Shown here: one piece after another, positions 61,331 through 64,000 of the stretch
Layout: each line of letters starts with the position of its first letter
How positions within the stretch are numbered: position 1 is the stretch's first letter
Source: Anolis carolinensis
Lineage: Eukaryota
Length of the DNA stretch: 64,000 bases
Assembly: GCF_035594765.1 (NCBI RefSeq)
Contig: NC_085841.1
Span: forward strand, 302,817,402 to 302,881,401
Direction of reading: 5' to 3'
Translations under genes and position numbers: made by a program
Notes under the pieces: generated by a model
Database searches by the model: none
Told to the model about the DNA's origin: nothing
The model's input: only the letters and a program-made list of their open reading frames with translations

Positions 61331-64000
61331 CTATGTGTCCATTTTGTCCAAAGTCCCCATGTATTTTTTCAGCAAGCTGCGATGGAATACTGGGTGTATT
61401 TTCCCTAAACTTTTTGGCAATGCCAACTGGAAAGTTACTTCATTGATAACACCCTGTATTCTGAATGGTCCAATATATTTGGGGCCCAATTTTCTCGAAG
61501 GTAGCCCCAATTTGATGTTTTGGGTACTTAACCACACTAGATCTCCTTTATCCAGTTTATCGCCTTCCACCCTCTTTCTGTCTGCGAACGCTTTATACTT
61601 TTTGTGTGCTTCCTTTAAGGATGCAGTCACTTGACTCCAGCATTCTAGCATTTGCGTTTTCCATTTCCCTGCCTCTGTTTCCTCATTCTCTGTCCATCTT
61701 GGCAACTGGGGCAAAGGCTGTATTTCATACCCGTAAACCACTTCAAAGGGGGTTTTATTTGTTGCTGAATGTATAGTCGAATTAAAAGCTAGTTCTGCAA
61801 AAGCCAACCACCTAGACCAGTCATTTTGTCTCATGTTAGAGTACATTCGAAGGAACTGCCCAAGTGTCTGCTGAGTACGTTCTACTGCCCCGTTTGTCAT
61901 GGGGTGAAAAGCAGAACTTAGACTCCTTTCTGCTCCTAGCATTTCCAAGAATTTTTCCCAAAATTTTGCTGTGAATTGTACTCCTCTGTCACTGACCACT
62001 CTACTGGGACATCCATGCAGTTTGTAAATGTGGTTTATGTACAATTCAGCTAGTTTCTCGGCTGATGGTAGTTTCGTCAGTGCTATAAAGTGGGCCTGTT
62101 TAGAAAACAGGTCTAATACTGTCCAAATATAACGATGTCCTTTGCTAACCGGTAGTTCCCCCACAAAGTCCATAGCTACACATTCCCAAGGTCTGGTAGG
62201 TTCTGCTACTGTTTGTAGTAATCCCATTGGCTTCCCTCCTCTCGATTTATTTCTGGCACAATCATCACATTGAACAACATGATTCTTTATGTCCTTCCTC
62301 ATCCCTGGCCACCAGCAATGTTTTGCTATTGCCTTTGTTGTTTTTGTAATTCCTGTATGACCAGCGCTCTGGTTATTGTGAAAACGATGCAAAATCTTAA
62401 TCCTTAATGTTGCTGGGATATACAGTTTCTTGTTCACAAACCAAAATCCCCCCTTCTGCTCCCCCTTTTCTGCGTTGGATGCGATCCACTGATCTCCATC
62501 ATAAGACTGTTTCAGTTCGTTTCCCCAATTATCTTCCCCGTCGAGTTCAACAATAGCAGTGTTCTCCTTTTGGGTTTGCGCTCTTGTCCTGACAGCTAAG
62601 CCCCATTGTTTATCAGAGAATATTGTTCCCTCTTTTGCTGTGGTTATGCCTCCGTGTTGAGGCATGCGTGAAAGAGCATCTGCCAAGACATTCTGCTTCC
62701 CTTGAAAAAACTTTAATTGGAAATCGAACCTGCTGAAGTATTGCGCCCATCTAATTTGTTTGGGGGACAATTTTCGAGGAGACTTTAAATACTGGAGGTT
62801 CTTATGGTCAGACCAAATTTCAAATGGGATTCCGCTTCCTTCGAGGAAGTGTCGCCAGCATTCTAAGGCTTTTAATATGGCTAATGCCTCTTTTTCCCAT
62901 ATTGGCCAACATTTTTCAGTTTCGCTGAACTTCCGGGACAAATATCCGCAGGGTTTTAAGTTCCCATTTTGATCTTTTTGCAATAGTACTGCCCCGTACG
63001 CGCAGTCTGAGGCATCGCAATGGATTATGAAAGGGCTCCTGATATCGGGGTGTTTTAGGATGGGTCCTTCTGTGAAGCATTCTTTTAGGGTTTCAAATGC
63101 CTTTTGGCATTCTGGCGTCCAACCCAGTTTGGCGCCAGGAGCTTTTACTTTTGCTGTCTCCCCTTTCCCTTTTGTTTTTAAAAGTTCAGTAAGGGGTGCG
63201 GTTATTTGCGCGAAGCCTTTTATGAAGGATCTATAAAAATTTGCAAACCCCAGAAATGATTGCAATTGCCTCCTTGTTTGAGGCACTCCCCATTCTTTCA
63301 CATCTGATACTTTAGCTGGATCCATAGCTAACCCTTCTGGAGATATCCGATACCCCAGAAAGTCAATTTGAGTTTTATTGAATTCACATTTGGACAGTTT
63401 TGCGTACAGCTTTGCTTCTCTTAGTCTCTGCAAAACTTCCCGGACCAATTTTACGTGCTTTTCCTTATCTTCGCTCACAATCAAGATATCATCAAGAAAT
63501 ATGAATACCCCTCTGTACAACAATGGGTGTAGTATTTCATTTATAAGCTGCATAAAGCAACCGCCTCCATTTTTTAATCCGAAAGGTAAAATTTTATATT
63601 CAAAATGGCCGAATGCGCAGGAAAATGCAGTTTTCCAAGTATCCTCCGGTTTAATTCTTAATTTATGATATGCTTCAATTAAATCCAGTTTGGTAAATAT
63701 GCTCCCTTTCTTCAATACGGTAATTAAATCCTTTACTAAGGGCATAGGGTATTTATTGTCCTTAGTAATTGCATTTAAATTTCGATAATCAATGCACAAT
63801 CTTAGGGAGTTGTCTTTCTTTCTCCTAAATAACACTGGGGCCCCGAGAGGAGAATTGGATGGCTTAATGAAGCCTCGCGCCAGGTTTTTATCAATATATT
63901 TCCTCAATTCCTCCTTCTCCTGCACAGACATGGGATACACTTTTGGTTTTGGTAAGTTTGCTCCTGGGGTTATTTCAATTTCTACTTCTATATTCCTTTT
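61331..64000 (-). CDS. pol: Ty3/Gypsy Pol (RT, RNase H, integrase), 5'-partial, intact frame
   Basis: RLCIDYRNLN, LPFGL, FLDD; RNase H DASD/EKEALA/SDHKNL/ADALSR; integrase HHCC, MDF/SDRG/AVER, GPKYIGPF; open to the window edge. Confidence 0.97.
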   Translation of the reverse strand, partial: KRNIEVEIEITPGANLPKPKVYPMSVQEKEELRKYIDKNLARGFIKPSNSPLGAPVLFRRKKDNSLRLCIDYRNLNAITKDNKYPMPLVKDLITVLKKGSIFTKLDLIEAYHKLRIKPEDTWKTAFSCAFGHFEYKILPFGLKNGGGCFMQLINEILHPLLYRGVFIFLDDILIVSEDKEKHVKLVREVLQRLREAKLYAKLSKCEFNKTQIDFLGYRISPEGLAMDPAKVSDVKEWGVPQTRRQLQSFLGFANFYRSFIKGFAQITAPLTELLKTKGKGETAKVKAPGAKLGWTPECQKAFETLKECFTEGPILKHPDIRSPFIIHCDASDCAYGAVLLQKDQNGNLKPCGYLSRKFSETEKCWPIWEKEALAILKALECWRHFLEGSGIPFEIWSDHKNLQYLKSPRKLSPKQIRWAQYFSRFDFQLKFFQGKQNVLADALSRMPQHGGITTAKEGTIFSDKQWGLAVRTRAQTQKENTAIVELDGEDNWGNELKQSYDGDQWIASNAEKGEQKGGFWFVNKKLYIPATLRIKILHRFHNNQSAGHTGITKTTKAIAKHCWWPGMRKDIKNHVVQCDDCARNKSRGGKPMGLLQTVAEPTRPWECVAMDFVGELPVSKGHRYIWTVLDLFSKQAHFIALTKLPSAEKLAELYINHIYKLHGCPSRVVSDRGVQFTAKFWEKFLEMLGAERSLSSAFHPMTNGAVERTQQTLGQFLRMYSNMRQNDWSRWLAFAELAFNSTIHSATNKTPFEVVYGYEIQPLPQLPRWTENEETEAGKWKTQMLECWSQVTASLKEAHKKYKAFADRKRVEGDKLDKGDLVWLSTQNIKLGLPSRKLGPKYIGPFRIQGVINEVTFQLALPKSLGKIHPVFHRSLLKKYMGTLDKMDT

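Overview
Vertebrate DNA, most likely squamate/Anolis-type (inferred from Sauria SINEs, Vingi, L2/CR1 and Helitron content). The window is a 64 kb stretch of AMBRA1 on the minus strand: six GT-AG coding exons that splice in frame (AVIGDG...WWDF through ...SASGTTEG), separated by introns of up to ~22 kb packed with transposable elements. These include the intact 3' half of a Ty3/Gypsy element (RT-RNase H-integrase, PPT, 3' LTR), five solo LTRs (four with perfect 5-bp TSDs), a decayed DIRS retrotransposon interrupted by a mariner and a SINE, composite Helitrons carrying captured TEs, and many MITEs, SINEs and LINE 3' ends. Main discovery candidate: all six confidently called LTRs (five distinct families) open a reading frame at base 2 of U3, four of them 107-141 codons long. 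The peptides carry motifs resembling host chromatin-tethering motifs: a LEDGF/TND-binding-like DLF-x8-FEGF, an HMGN-like RRSARLA, and a recurrent acidic-[ST]GF. This suggests an LTR-encoded, interchangeable chromatin-targeting module. All six LTRs lie in the same orientation as AMBRA1. Function is inferred only, and protein comparisons are from recall rather than database searches.
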